Virus record (IMG/VR): IMGVR_UViG_3300045988_184160
Location: 96,001-160,000 of that record
Source of the DNA: a virus
Direction: 5' to 3' (one strand)
DNA length: 64,000 bases
The notes under the pieces: model-generated
What the model saw: only the letters and a program-made list of their open reading frames with translations
Told to the model about the DNA's origin: nothing
The model's database searches: none
Part shown: positions 34,944 to 45,500 of the stretch, one piece after another
How the letters are laid out: the number at the start of each line of letters is the position of its first letter
Numbering within the stretch: position 1 is the first letter of the stretch
Position numbers and translations under genes: made by a program

Positions 34944-35178
34944 ATGTTCAGTATTTCTGAAGTAGCACAAAATCTTAGAGTGTCCACTTGGTTTTGAGTG
35001 GTTTGAGAAGTTTTGCCTGACATTTGGAACTATAATCGTTATTATTAATCATGTGGGATATTCGCCGGATAAAGAGCTGGTAGAATACTTTATATCTATT
35101 ATTCATGTTTTCTCATCTAGGGTTTATGGTTTAAGGAAGTATGGAAAGGTGTTAAAAGATGATGGTTTACAAGATTGA
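34944..35178 (+). pseudogene. tnpA: Internally deleted IS607-type serine-recombinase tnpA remnant
   Basis: MFSISEVAQNLRVSTWF-stop resembles the MerR-like HTH N-terminus. A second frame (34966..35178) reads ...GFEWFEKFCLTFGTIIVIINHVGYSPDKELVEYFISIIHVFSSRVYGLRKYGK, the typical TnpA C-terminus. The catalytic middle is missing. It overlaps the tnpB start. Confidence 0.65.
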
Positions 35179-36265
35179 AATTAGCCCGACTCAAGAGCAG
35201 AAGTCCATCATTTTTCGCACCTTTGACGCTACCCGCCTTGTCTATAACTATTTTATTGAGGTTAATAAGGCTCGTTATGAGAATGGTTACCCCTATATGG
35301 ATAACATGGAATTTTCCAAGACTTTCAACAATTATATGAGTAGGCTTGATTGGGTGAGGGATAAGTCTCTAAAAATCTCTTCCAAAGCTGTAAAAGAAGC
35401 AATGAAAGACGCGGATAAAGCCTATCAAAGGTTCTTCAAGGGGCTTTCTCGTTATCCGCGTTTCAAGTCTCGCCGTGAGTCTAGGAAGTCATACTATCTC
35501 TGTGGTTCCATTCATGTTAAGCGCCATGCTGTAAGACTGCCTAATCTGGGCTGGGTTTTACTCAAGGAAAAGAACTACATTCCTGCTGGTTCTGGCGTTG
35601 TTTCGTGCCGTTTGATTTATGAGGGTGGCCGTTTTTATGTTGCGATACTCACTCAAGACGACAATAGCGTTAATAATCAGTTAAGTAATGATGGTTTGGG
35701 TGTTGATGTGGGTATTCGTTTCCTAGCTACAGACTCCGATAAAGATGTTTACCCTAATATTAATAAGTCTTCCAGGGTCAAACATTTGAAGAAGCGTTTG
35801 AAGCGTGAACAAAGGAAATTAGTGCGACGAAATAAAAAGTCGTTACGCCGTGAAAAGACCCGTCAAATTATCAATCGCATTCATTATAAAATTTCATGTA
35901 TCTGCATTGACCATAAGAATAAGGTTGTGTCGGCTCTCGTCAAGAAGAAGCCTAGTTATATCACCATTGAGACACTGAATATCAAGGGCATGTTGAAGAA
36001 TCGTCATCTTTCTAGAGTGATTCACGAACAAGGTTTGCATGACTTTATGACGAGACTAGCCAATAAGGCTCGACAGTATGGTATCGAGTTGCGCCGTGTT
36101 TCTCAATATTTTGCCTCCAGTAAATTGTGCTCAACATGTGGAACGAAGAACGACCCGAAACATAAGACTTTCTGGGTTTGCGCCTCATGTAACACGCGAC
36201 ACGATAGGGATATTAATGCCTCACTGAATCTTTTGAACGCTACCCAATATATGATTGATAAGTGA
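35159..36265 (+). CDS. tnpB: TnpB (IS607/IS1341-type), apparently intact
   Basis: 368 aa. D/E/D motifs in GVDVGI, TIETLN and DRDINASLNL. Zinc ribbon CSTCG...CASCN. AT-rich codon usage unlike the neighbours. Confidence 0.9.
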   Translation: MMVYKIEISPTQEQKSIIFRTFDATRLVYNYFIEVNKARYENGYPYMDNMEFSKTFNNYMSRLDWVRDKSLKISSKAVKEAMKDADKAYQRFFKGLSRYPRFKSRRESRKSYYLCGSIHVKRHAVRLPNLGWVLLKEKNYIPAGSGVVSCRLIYEGGRFYVAILTQDDNSVNNQLSNDGLGVDVGIRFLATDSDKDVYPNINKSSRVKHLKKRLKREQRKLVRRNKKSLRREKTRQIINRIHYKISCICIDHKNKVVSALVKKKPSYITIETLNIKGMLKNRHLSRVIHEQGLHDFMTRLANKARQYGIELRRVSQYFASSKLCSTCGTKNDPKHKTFWVCASCNTRHDRDINASLNLLNATQYMIDK

Positions 36266-36641
36266 TAAAACCATAGTTGTAAGGACTTGGCATGACCTAA
36301 AACATTAGTATAATGAATAATGAGACCAATTAACCCGTTATGTCTCTAAAAACTATCGTTGGTTCTACCGTGGGTTGGCAGGTAAGTTACGCACGTGGAC
36401 TGTTATATCAAACCGTAGTAGATACTCTTACAGTTTCGAGGCGGGACAGGAAGAAGCGTGAAAAAGCTCAACCAGATAATGATAATATGCGTATGGTTGA
36501 GTTACTGGCATGGAATAGCATAAGGCAAATATAAACTGATACCCACATTTGTCCATGTTTCAGCCAACAGTGCTAAAATTACTTTTAGCTCACGCTACCA
36601 AATAATTGCAATTATTTACGGAGAACACAGAAAACAGTTTT

Positions 36642-37190
36642 ATGGATAACAGGTCTACACAAAACAGAAAACTTCCCCAACCACGAAACAACCGCTCAAC
36701 CCCGCCAAGCCCGCGCCCTAAATCCTCCACCGACCCGCGTAGGGACAGGAGAAGGGGTGAGCAGCAGCAAGGTGGTGCGGCACAGCAGGGTCTACCTGTA
36801 ACCAACGCTGCACACAAAAGCTTAGGTGCCCGCGCGCGGATCAGGAATGCATTTGACTACGCCGTGTCTGAATTTAAGGACAAGGGGTTCAAAATGTTCA
36901 GGTTCCGCGAATTTATACTGCTTGTAACATTCGTGGTTTTCGCTATTTATGTTATGGGAGGCAAAATCATCCCAGGATTCGGAGAAAGCGCTTTCCGTAG
37001 GAACACGGCCATGTTCGTATACTTTGGGTCTTTCATAATTCTATGCGTTTACTGTGTAATGACGCCGAATAACCCCATCGGAACTTGGGTTAATAGTATA
37101 CGGTTCGGAACTGCCCTTAGGAAGAAAAAGAAGGGTAACAAGCTCAGTAAAAGTAGTGATAAAGGTAAAGACGGTAAGAAACTGAAATAG
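36642..37190 (+). CDS. Membrane protein with basic N-terminus and Lys-rich tail
   Basis: 182 aa from ATG 36642 (the ORF opens at TTG 36606). R/P/Q-rich N-terminus, 3 hydrophobic helices, KKKKGNKLSKSSDKGKDGKKLK tail. Confidence 0.6.
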   Translation: MDNRSTQNRKLPQPRNNRSTPPSPRPKSSTDPRRDRRRGEQQQGGAAQQGLPVTNAAHKSLGARARIRNAFDYAVSEFKDKGFKMFRFREFILLVTFVVFAIYVMGGKIIPGFGESAFRRNTAMFVYFGSFIILCVYCVMTPNNPIGTWVNSIRFGTALRKKKKGNKLSKSSDKGKDGKKLK

Positions 37191-37303
37191 CCCCTAACCC
37201 ACCACCAGTAAACACCCCTCCCTGGGGTGTTTACTTTGTTGTAGAAAGGGTTTCATGCTAGTATTTGAATGATTACTCAACAAGAACCAAGCAAGGAAAA
37301 ACC

Positions 37304-38506
37304 ATGACAGAAGCCCCCCAGATCGGGAACGAAAAACCAGCGCATAATATTGCGCTCCTACCAGTCCCCTACCTAGATTCCGACAGGGAAGAAATCGCAG
37401 CGTCAACGTGGCGCGTGAAGAAAAACGATAAGGAAATGTGCTCTGGGCGTGTCCTCGTGGACTGGTTCAGCAACATTGATCGGGGTTTAGAGCACACGAA
37501 ATACGAGGCATCCATCACTGATCTTGGTGCCACCACGGAAAAACCTAGTAGTGGTGTTGTCAGTCTTGTGAACACGCGGGTGCCCACAGAGAACATCGGC
37601 TGGGTTGATAGTCTCGTCACGGGTGTAACCTACTTCGGGATTCTCGCGCAACACAAGTACAGTAACCACCCGTCCCTCACGGAGCTGACAGGAAGTATAC
37701 CGCAGCACCTTTTCGTATCCAGGAAACTATCTGTCTCAGCACCAACTGAGGTTCTGAAACAGAACTCAAACAACCTACTCAAAGCTTTCGTGCTCCACAC
37801 CCAGAGAATCATGGGGCAGGACACTATCAGCCTCGACACTGATAAGGTTCTTCTACGCAACTTTGTGCAGCAGATGCACGCTATCAAGGATTCCCAGCAG
37901 GCATATAGCGCGTTTTTCTTCCACACCCTACTAGGTGAGCAGCAGGTGCTAGGTGCCCCTGAGCAGGCTGACCTTGAGTATGAGGCGTCATCTTTCATTA
38001 ACCCTGAGACAGGTGAAGAAGAGTTCTACCCTGGTGTCGGGTATGTTTTCTCAATCATGCCAACCCCACCCGTGGATGGTGACGAGACACACCTGTATAC
38101 TGCCCGTGACATTACGCGCAGGGTGCTAGACATGGGTGTCCCCCAAGAAGACAAAGTTAAACTACTGATGCCATACCAAGAAATCATGGCGTTCACCCAC
38201 TGCCTAGAAGCCCTACACGAGAGCCACATGTTCGGTTTCACCATCCAGGAGTTCGTGGGCTCCGTCAAATTCCCTGAGCTGACAATCGAAGCCGCCAGAA
38301 ACATTATTGACCTGCCCGTCAACGCAGGGGAAATCATCAGCCTAGCCTCATACCCCGCAGATGTTATCGCGGGTGTCCTGCTCTCCGACGAGTACATTGA
38401 GCACCGGAAACAAGGGACCACGCGAGAATATCTCAAAGAAATCACCAGCCCAGAGGAAAAGCTTCTGCAGCTCAGGGACAGTTATTTCGCTTCACCTGAG
38501 GAATAA
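37304..38506 (+). CDS. Hypothetical cytosolic protein
   Basis: 400 aa from ATG 37304, preceded by AAGGAAAAA. No motif recognised. Confidence 0.6.
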   Translation: MTEAPQIGNEKPAHNIALLPVPYLDSDREEIAASTWRVKKNDKEMCSGRVLVDWFSNIDRGLEHTKYEASITDLGATTEKPSSGVVSLVNTRVPTENIGWVDSLVTGVTYFGILAQHKYSNHPSLTELTGSIPQHLFVSRKLSVSAPTEVLKQNSNNLLKAFVLHTQRIMGQDTISLDTDKVLLRNFVQQMHAIKDSQQAYSAFFFHTLLGEQQVLGAPEQADLEYEASSFINPETGEEEFYPGVGYVFSIMPTPPVDGDETHLYTARDITRRVLDMGVPQEDKVKLLMPYQEIMAFTHCLEALHESHMFGFTIQEFVGSVKFPELTIEAARNIIDLPVNAGEIISLASYPADVIAGVLLSDEYIEHRKQGTTREYLKEITSPEEKLLQLRDSYFASPEE

Positions 38507-38715
38507 CAGGGCGCATTATTGTGCTAGTGATATGATTAGAAAGTATACATGTAACCCTAAACAATTTTTGTGAGGGGGTAGAGGTGCCGTAGGGTGCCTA
38601 TAACAGGTCCACCTGTTATGAATTAAACACAACAATCGGATGTTATCGAAACAATCCGACACACCGTTTAAACCTATCAGCATATCCGCTAAAAAAGTTT
38701 TATAGGGTAAAAATT

Positions 38716-39975
38716 TTGAAAACAACATACGCAGCCCAAACATACGACCCAGATAAACACCACCCCAAAATCTTTAAAGGGGTTGCTATTACTGCACTGT
38801 TCTTCGGGGTATTGTTCTGGGGTTTATCTTTCAGCACGTACATAGCTAAAACCATGACAAGCGGCGCGCAGGGTTTCAGTGCGACACACCTGCTTTCTGA
38901 AGAGTTCATTGATTACGCGCTACGTGTATCCATGCTCTACATCCTACCACCCTTGATCTACGTATCCTTCGTTCTCCTAGTAGGCAAGTTCGCGGTGCGC
39001 CTATACCACCGTCGGAAACCTGAAACATATGAGGTTACTAGGGCAACCCAGCTCAGAAATGATGGTGACGGGCTGGCGTTATGGGTGAACGGGCGTTTCC
39101 AGACCTATATTCTGCTTCCCCAAGTCATGACTCTTGACAATGCTACAGGTTTAGCGTCCTCCGCTGGGTTCTGGGAGAACAATAAGTATCTGCTGCAGGA
39201 AATTGAGTCACTAGCAGCTGAGCAGGAGCAGCTACAGGAAAACCATGTTGAGTCGCTGGGGTACCCAAACCATGCTAAAGCTAATACGCGGCTAACAGAG
39301 AACAGGGAAAACCTGAACCAAGCAAACAGGCGTTTCGTGACTAATTTCTATCACGCCGTGTCCTCACAGATACCCCCCCTGGGTCCAGGCATAACAGTCG
39401 CCCCATCCGCAGAGAACCAGGATGGTAGCCTCTCATTCATGGAGAAAGTTACCCAAGCATCAACGATCCTAGTGTTCTCCGCTTTTATTGCGACCATACT
39501 GTACTTCCTCCCACCCATCCAAGGCGTATTAGGTGGAGTATCTACGGCACCACTTATCCTGCTCTTCACAGCTGTAACCTACCTCATCTTCTGGCAAGGA
39601 TACAAGAGGTGGAGGAAGAAAAAAAGCCACCAGTCTCAACGCATCGCGCTACTACTGCACTCCCTAGCCCACAACGAAAAAGGGCGCAGGATCATCAAAT
39701 TTGAGTGGGAGCAAAAACTAGGGGAAACCACAAACGATGAGTGCGAGATCAGTGTGATAGAGAACAACCGTGAAACCATCGCATCATACCCTCTCACCAT
39801 GAGCGCAAGCATGCTGCCACGGTACGCAACCGAGCAGGCTGCAGCATTAAGGCAGACAGAAGACGACGCTTTGATCGCGTTCGCCGCTACCCCAACTGAG
39901 GAAGGCGCACAGAAGGTTCTAGACCTGTTCGAGTCGGAAGATCTTCAACAAGCACGACGGCTAGGAATCAAATAG
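38716..39975 (+). CDS. 4-TM membrane protein, tandem paralog 1
   Basis: 419 aa, TTG start. Layout is TM1-TM2 (YILPPLIYVSFVLLVGKF), a soluble coiled-coil segment, TM3-TM4, then a ~120-aa C-terminal domain. Same layout as 39991..41259. Confidence 0.65.
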   Translation: MKTTYAAQTYDPDKHHPKIFKGVAITALFFGVLFWGLSFSTYIAKTMTSGAQGFSATHLLSEEFIDYALRVSMLYILPPLIYVSFVLLVGKFAVRLYHRRKPETYEVTRATQLRNDGDGLALWVNGRFQTYILLPQVMTLDNATGLASSAGFWENNKYLLQEIESLAAEQEQLQENHVESLGYPNHAKANTRLTENRENLNQANRRFVTNFYHAVSSQIPPLGPGITVAPSAENQDGSLSFMEKVTQASTILVFSAFIATILYFLPPIQGVLGGVSTAPLILLFTAVTYLIFWQGYKRWRKKKSHQSQRIALLLHSLAHNEKGRRIIKFEWEQKLGETTNDECEISVIENNRETIASYPLTMSASMLPRYATEQAAALRQTEDDALIAFAATPTEEGAQKVLDLFESEDLQQARRLGIK

Positions 39976-39990
39976 GCAAGAGGCGGTTTC

Positions 39991-41259
39991 ATGAAAAGCA
40001 AATATTTAGCCTTCTCAGGGGCGGACCTGAGAACAAACAAAATTTCCCGAGGAATCGGTGGACTGTTCGCAGGTGCTACAGCGTTTAGCCTCCTGAACCT
40101 CATGATGGCAAGTGTGCTCTTACCTAGGGTTTCGGCACAGGATGTTGCGGAAAGAAAAAACCTTCTCCTGCTCCTAGGGCTTGAACAGATCGTGATGTTC
40201 CTCCCGCCCATCATCATCCTAAGCATCCTATTCGCTAGGGTGTTCTACTGGGGAGACGAAAAAATCTCCAAGAACATGGGTTCCATCGGCGACCTAGACG
40301 GGCTACACATCCTGAAACGCGCGGGGCATAAAGAGTCCGCTAAACCTGTTCTAGCGTACAACGGGGATATCCTAGGTGAGATCATTATCCCTGGGTGTGT
40401 TACCTGGCGGGAGCTGACTCTCCTTATTAAGAAAACAGGTTTACTCGCTAAAGATAGCACGGAAGCCAAGGCGGTCACCGAAGCCTACGACGCATACGCG
40501 GAAGCTGAACAGGATTACAGGGGAAACCCCTCCGACGAGCTGGGTGCGGAAGCCGCGACAGCGTTATCAGTGCTGAACAGTGCGGTGGATGAATGGGTTG
40601 CCTCATTCTACACTGAGGCACGGACCCGCCTCAACGACAATGATCTTGAGGACATCGACCCGAGCATCAACAGCAAAATCACCTCCGTGACGTTCAAATC
40701 ATTCAGGTGGCTACTAGCCCCAGCTGGGGCGTGGGTTGCAGCCGCAGCGTATAAAGCTGTCATGGGTATGGCTGGGCAGCCAGCTCTCTACGATTACACT
40801 ACCTTAATGGGGGAAAACCCGCAGGTTACGGAGCGTGTGTCGTTCTGGTTTGATATGGGGCTCCCCATGATACTAGCGTTACTCACAACCATTGCGGGTG
40901 TTGTCGGTTACTATATCTCGGCGCACCGTGAGTCGAAGGAGGCACGCTCCACCTTATCGGGTCAGGTGATCTACAAGTCACAAGTGCGCGCTGAGACTAG
41001 GGCGGTGAAACTATCCAAGGCTGGGGGTTCCCCGTCGGGTTACATCATCTCTGTCGTTGATAATGGGAAAGTTGTGGACAGCCACCTGATCGGGCTCACG
41101 GGCACGCTATCCTACGCTGGTGCCTTAGCGTTGAAGCGGGTGTTCACGGGTGACCTCACCGCTTATGGGGAGGTGCTGCACGAGTATATGCGTAACCCTT
41201 CAAAGGAAACAGCTAACCGGTTTGCTGATAGACTGAACTTTCAGCTGGTTATGTTCTAG
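39991..41259 (+). CDS. 4-TM membrane protein, tandem paralog 2
   Basis: 422 aa, RBS AGAGG. Helices and motifs match 38716..39975 (MFLPPIIILSILFARVF versus YILPPLIYVSFVLLVGKF; VASFYTEA versus VTNFYHAV). Confidence 0.65.
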   Translation: MKSKYLAFSGADLRTNKISRGIGGLFAGATAFSLLNLMMASVLLPRVSAQDVAERKNLLLLLGLEQIVMFLPPIIILSILFARVFYWGDEKISKNMGSIGDLDGLHILKRAGHKESAKPVLAYNGDILGEIIIPGCVTWRELTLLIKKTGLLAKDSTEAKAVTEAYDAYAEAEQDYRGNPSDELGAEAATALSVLNSAVDEWVASFYTEARTRLNDNDLEDIDPSINSKITSVTFKSFRWLLAPAGAWVAAAAYKAVMGMAGQPALYDYTTLMGENPQVTERVSFWFDMGLPMILALLTTIAGVVGYYISAHRESKEARSTLSGQVIYKSQVRAETRAVKLSKAGGSPSGYIISVVDNGKVVDSHLIGLTGTLSYAGALALKRVFTGDLTAYGEVLHEYMRNPSKETANRFADRLNFQLVMF

Positions 41260-41282
41260 CGGGCTGTTGGGCGTATAATCGG

Positions 41283-41325
41283 GGTGGGGAAACAGGTTTT
41301 GGTTGTTTCCCCACCTTTTCTTTAT
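41283..41325 (+). terminator. Rho-independent terminator
   Basis: Perfect 12-bp stem GGTGGGGAAACA (41283..41294) / TGTTTCCCCACC (41304..41315), then TTTTCTTT. Confidence 0.65.
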
Positions 41326-41419
41326 TCTTTACCTACTATCCAAGTTACCTAGTGGTGGGTACTGTTTGGATATTAGCCTAAAAAATAAATAAAATATTCT
41401 ACTTGTTAAGGCAAGGATC

Positions 41420-41809
41420 ATGGAAGCAAAATACGAATCGCGTCTCACGAAAAGCGTCTTCATTACGAACGTCACCAAGCACAAGAACGGTACCCTAACA
41501 GCGTCCCTGCAGCTTGTTATCTACAGCCGAGACGATCACCCCCGTACTGTGGCGACAATCAGCTCCCCAACCCTCACAGGGTTTCAGGAGGTTGGTGCTA
41601 AAACAGCCCTAGAAGTAGCAGCAGAAAAATACGGTTCACGGGGGACTATTGAGAGGGTTGTTTCCTGGCTTGAGGACGGCGGGGGAGTGTTCCTCTATAA
41701 ACTGTACGCGGATATGGTGGTGAACGGCACTGGCGGCAATGAGAGGTATAAAGATTTCTATTATGAGGTGAACCGTGCGTTGATTGATGCACTAGAGCTG
41801 CTGCCCTAG
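41420..41809 (+). CDS. Hypothetical protein, small family B (paralog of 28711..29115)
   Basis: 129 aa. NVTKHKNGTLTASLQLVIY and SWLEDGGG match ELTEHRDGTYDAALGIIQY and SFLEDGG in 28711..29115. Confidence 0.6.
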   Translation: MEAKYESRLTKSVFITNVTKHKNGTLTASLQLVIYSRDDHPRTVATISSPTLTGFQEVGAKTALEVAAEKYGSRGTIERVVSWLEDGGGVFLYKLYADMVVNGTGGNERYKDFYYEVNRALIDALELLP

Positions 41810-41846
41810 TGTTCTGTTTTGTTCGTTATGGAAAGGATAAATAGTA

Positions 41847-42200
41847 ATGTCTGAGAATATTGATGTTAGACCAACATTCCCGTTGAGGGAGTTTGTGTCT
41901 CTATATAATCAGGGGACTTTGAAAGTAGAAAAGGATACTAAATCCTTGTCTGATCGTGACTCCAATGATCTTCTCCGTATTATTTTTGAGACTGGGGTAG
42001 TTCCAACCCCTTTTATTTGCGTCTCTCATGGGCGTGAGGGCTGGGAGCTCATTGCGGGTTCCGAGGTTTTCAATGCTTTGATTGGTGAGAGGTTCGATCC
42101 TTATTGGGCTGAACTAATATCTAGGGGCATTGTGTGTAATGTTGTTGTGCTCCCTAGTTCTGATCGGGGTTTGTTGAGGTTCTGGGGTTCTGGCTTTTAG
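41847..42200 (+). CDS. Hypothetical protein
   Basis: 117-aa ORF, lower GC, RBS GGAAAGGA. No secure motif. Confidence 0.5.
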   Translation: MSENIDVRPTFPLREFVSLYNQGTLKVEKDTKSLSDRDSNDLLRIIFETGVVPTPFICVSHGREGWELIAGSEVFNALIGERFDPYWAELISRGIVCNVVVLPSSDRGLLRFWGSGF

Positions 42201-42503
42201 GACTTTAGGTTTTGGTTGAGAATTTATGCAATATGTTTATTGAGGGTTTTTGTCTGAGATTGTTGCGTATTTTTAAAACCATTGCTTTAAACCTTGAAAA
42301 ATTGTTAGACAAGCCAATACCCTTATGAGGGAAATCACCCCTCAAATAATTTTTACACGTAAAACAAACATGCTATGCTATGCATGTCTACGGAAGACTA
42401 TTCACTCAGCGTAAAAACAAAAAACACATAAACCACGCACAAAAACGTGTGAATAGAAACGCATGTAGACACGCAAAAACTCTAAATTGTGAGGAAAACA
42501 AAC

Positions 42504-45500
42504 ATGCGAAAAACCACACTGCGCAACGCACTCTGCGCAACCACGCTAACTGGGATCACCCTGTTCAGCACCATCACATCAACTGTCGTAGCAAACGCGG
42601 CACCAACAACTAACCAGTCCGCAGCAGCATACCAGCAGACAAACACCCAAATCCCCCTAGATGACAGCGCTTTCGAGCAGGCAAAGAAAGATGCTGAGGC
42701 ACAAGGATTCACTGTCAATGTCACAGAAGACCCGACAGTAACCGAATCCGGCAACCTAGAGCAGGCAAAGAAAGACGCGCAGGCTAAACTCGATGCCGCG
42801 AAGAAAAACATTGAAGATGCGGTAGCCAAGTGGAAGCAGGAAGACGGTGCCGCACAAGCAGCACACCAAGCAGGCTCCGCAAAGATCAAGGCTGCAGAAG
42901 ACCGCCTCAAGCAGGCTGTGCAGTCAGCTAAGGACGCGAACCTTGTTGTCACTAGCGGGGATACCCAGAATATCACCAACTATGATGAGGCTGCTGCCGC
43001 AATGATTAAGCAGGCTGAGGCTATCGAAAAAGCCACAGCTGAGAAGGTGAAACTGGACCAGGCTCGCGCAGCTGCACGTAAGGTTCAACCAAACGCAGGG
43101 GCGATGCCAACCTGTAACCCTGTGACCGTTGCGGTTGATCTTGACCTCTCCAACTCGTTCACAAACGATGAGGTTCGCCAAGAAGCTGAGGCTGCCAAGC
43201 GAACCATTCTCACCCTATCCAAGACCGGTGCGAATGTCGTCCTGAACACCTTCGCACTCACCTCACCCGTGGACTGGGCTAAGGGTGAAAACCCCTACGG
43301 TAGCCACGGCGAGATCAAGCCGATTGTTGCTAACCACCAGACTAAGTTTGACCTATCAAAACCTGATGAAGTTGCGAAAGCAATGTATTGGCTGGACCAT
43401 ATCACCAAGGGAACTGACGAGAACGGCAACCCAGCTATCAACGTCCCCAAGGAAGGTAACTGGGGCGACGTTGTCTCCAATTTCCAAACCGCAGGCACCA
43501 ACTACGAGGCTGCCCTTAAGGCAAACCGTGAGTTCGCCAAGGCTAACGGTATCCACTTCACTAACATTATTCTGATTTCTGATGGCGCACCGACCCACTT
43601 CAACGTGAATCCTAAGACCCTGACCGGTGAGCAGGGTAACTTTGACCCAACCTCATGGTCTTCACGAGATGCATTGGACGCTGCTAAGGTAGTAGCTGAT
43701 GAGTTCGAGCGTGAAGGTACCGCTGTCATCCCTGTGATGGTTGCTGACCCTGACGCTGAGGCTTTCGCCACCGGTGGGCAGGACGCACTGATCGCGCAGA
43801 TGAAGCAAATGGCTAACGTCCGTGACGGTATCGACCCCGAGTCCGTCGGGCTGTTCTTCTACGCTCGAGACATGGACGAACTGTCCAAGAAAATTGAAGA
43901 CGGCGTGAATGTCACCTGCGCGACCTTCGAAGCACGTGACATTAAGGTTCCCCCAACAACTGTTGATAAGCCTGTCATCAACGTTGCTAAGCCTTCACTC
44001 GCGGCTAAGAACATCTCCCCTGATAAGGTTGCAGATAACGAAGGTAAGACCGTCCTCGCAGGTCAGTCCACCACCCAGCACGTTACCGGACACACCGGTT
44101 ACCGCACCCTCGATGCTTTCGCTATTGGTGACAGCTACCGTTGGGTGAAGGATGCTGACGGCTCGTGGCGTAACCCTGTAGCAACCGACCTGTCGAAGGT
44201 GACCGTCACCGACGAAGCAGGGCAGGATGTTACCAGCCTTTTCAAGATCGACCAGGTTGATGGTGTCGGGCCTGACGGTGTGAAGGTCCACTCTGTTGTT
44301 GCTGAGGCAACCACTGAAGGTCTCGCGCAGCTGAAACTGAACCACAAGTACACTCTGCATGTCACCGCAACCGCGCTGGATGACGGTCACGTGGATGAGC
44401 AGGTGGACTACGGTTTCTCCATTGTGAACGACAACTTTGTGTACACCACCGACCACTCGTACCGCGAGTACATTCCGATGCCGCGTAAGACTGTGAACAC
44501 CTCTGATGGTGTTGATGCTAGCGGTAAGACTATGCTGCCCGGTCAGGCTCTCACCTATAAGATTGAGTTGGATGCTGACAAGTTCACCCCGAAGGATCTG
44601 GCTGAGAAGCTTGAGTCCCTGGGTGCTGAGGATGAGTACGATCATAACTACTTCACCCCGGACGGTAGCTACCGCGTGACCGCATCTGATGGTACTGATG
44701 TGACTAGCGATTTTGAGTTCAACGCGGATGAGAACGGTAAGGCTACTTTGAAGGCTAAAGCTGACCGTGTTGAGGCTCTGACTGCTATGGGCACTGATTT
44801 CACTTGGGAGCTTCCTGGTGTGGTGAAGAACGACGCTAAACCGGGTGAGTTCTCCAACACTGCCGCGCAGCTGACTAACGGGCACCGTGTGCAGACTAAC
44901 ACTGTGAAGAACGTTGTTCCGAAGGTTGAGCCGCACAAGTTCGATCTATCCCCTGTGGACGGTAGCAACATCAACGGCAAGTCCGTTGTTGTGGGTGACA
45001 CCCTGAACTACGCTCTCGTGGGTGACGCATCGAACCTGAACAACACCGCGTACAATGTTTCTAAGTTCGGTCACCGTGACGACTACGATCAGGAGCATGT
45101 CGCTATCCAGAAGGATGCGGTGAAGGTATTCAAGGTGCCTGGTAACACTGACACTTCCAACGTGAACACTCTCCACAAGCTCGCAACCGCTGGTGAGGAC
45201 GTGACCGACCAGTTCGACATGAACGACGACGGGGACAACTTCACCCTGACGATGAAGACCACCGAGAAGGACGGGAAGCAGGTTCTTGTTGGCGAGATGG
45301 GTGTGAAGTACATCTACTTCCTGCCTGCTAAGGTCATCAAGAACACCAACGCGGACATCCCGAACACCTCATGGCAGATCGTGAACAACGACGAGCACGT
45401 CACGGAGACCGTGGTTAACCCGCTCAAGAAGATTGAGCCTTCGAAGGACATTGTTGTTGACCATGAGCACGCTAAGGACTCTCTGAACGGTAAGACCATT

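Larger units (their letters stand above)
34885..36556 (+). mobile_element. IS607-like element (decayed tnpA + intact tnpB), low-GC island
   Basis: Imperfect 18-bp terminal inverted repeats ATGGACAAACATGGATAT (34885..34902) and ATACCCACATTTGTCCAT (36539..36556), 15/18 matching. Sampled line 35221..35280 is 23/60 GC, versus 32-35/60 in two sampled T4SS lines (22321..22380 and 22561..22620). Confidence 0.7.

Noticed and set aside
36340-36534. 64-aa ORF between tnpB and the right IR of the IS607-like element
   Set aside because: No RBS, and it lies where the omega-RNA/right-end scaffold is expected. More likely non-coding.
41847-42200. ParB/DUF262-like nuclease N-terminal domain
   Set aside because: Only a vague pattern resemblance (..PTF.LREF....ELIAGSEVFNAL in place of the DGQQR motif). 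The key residues are absent, so I did not make the call.
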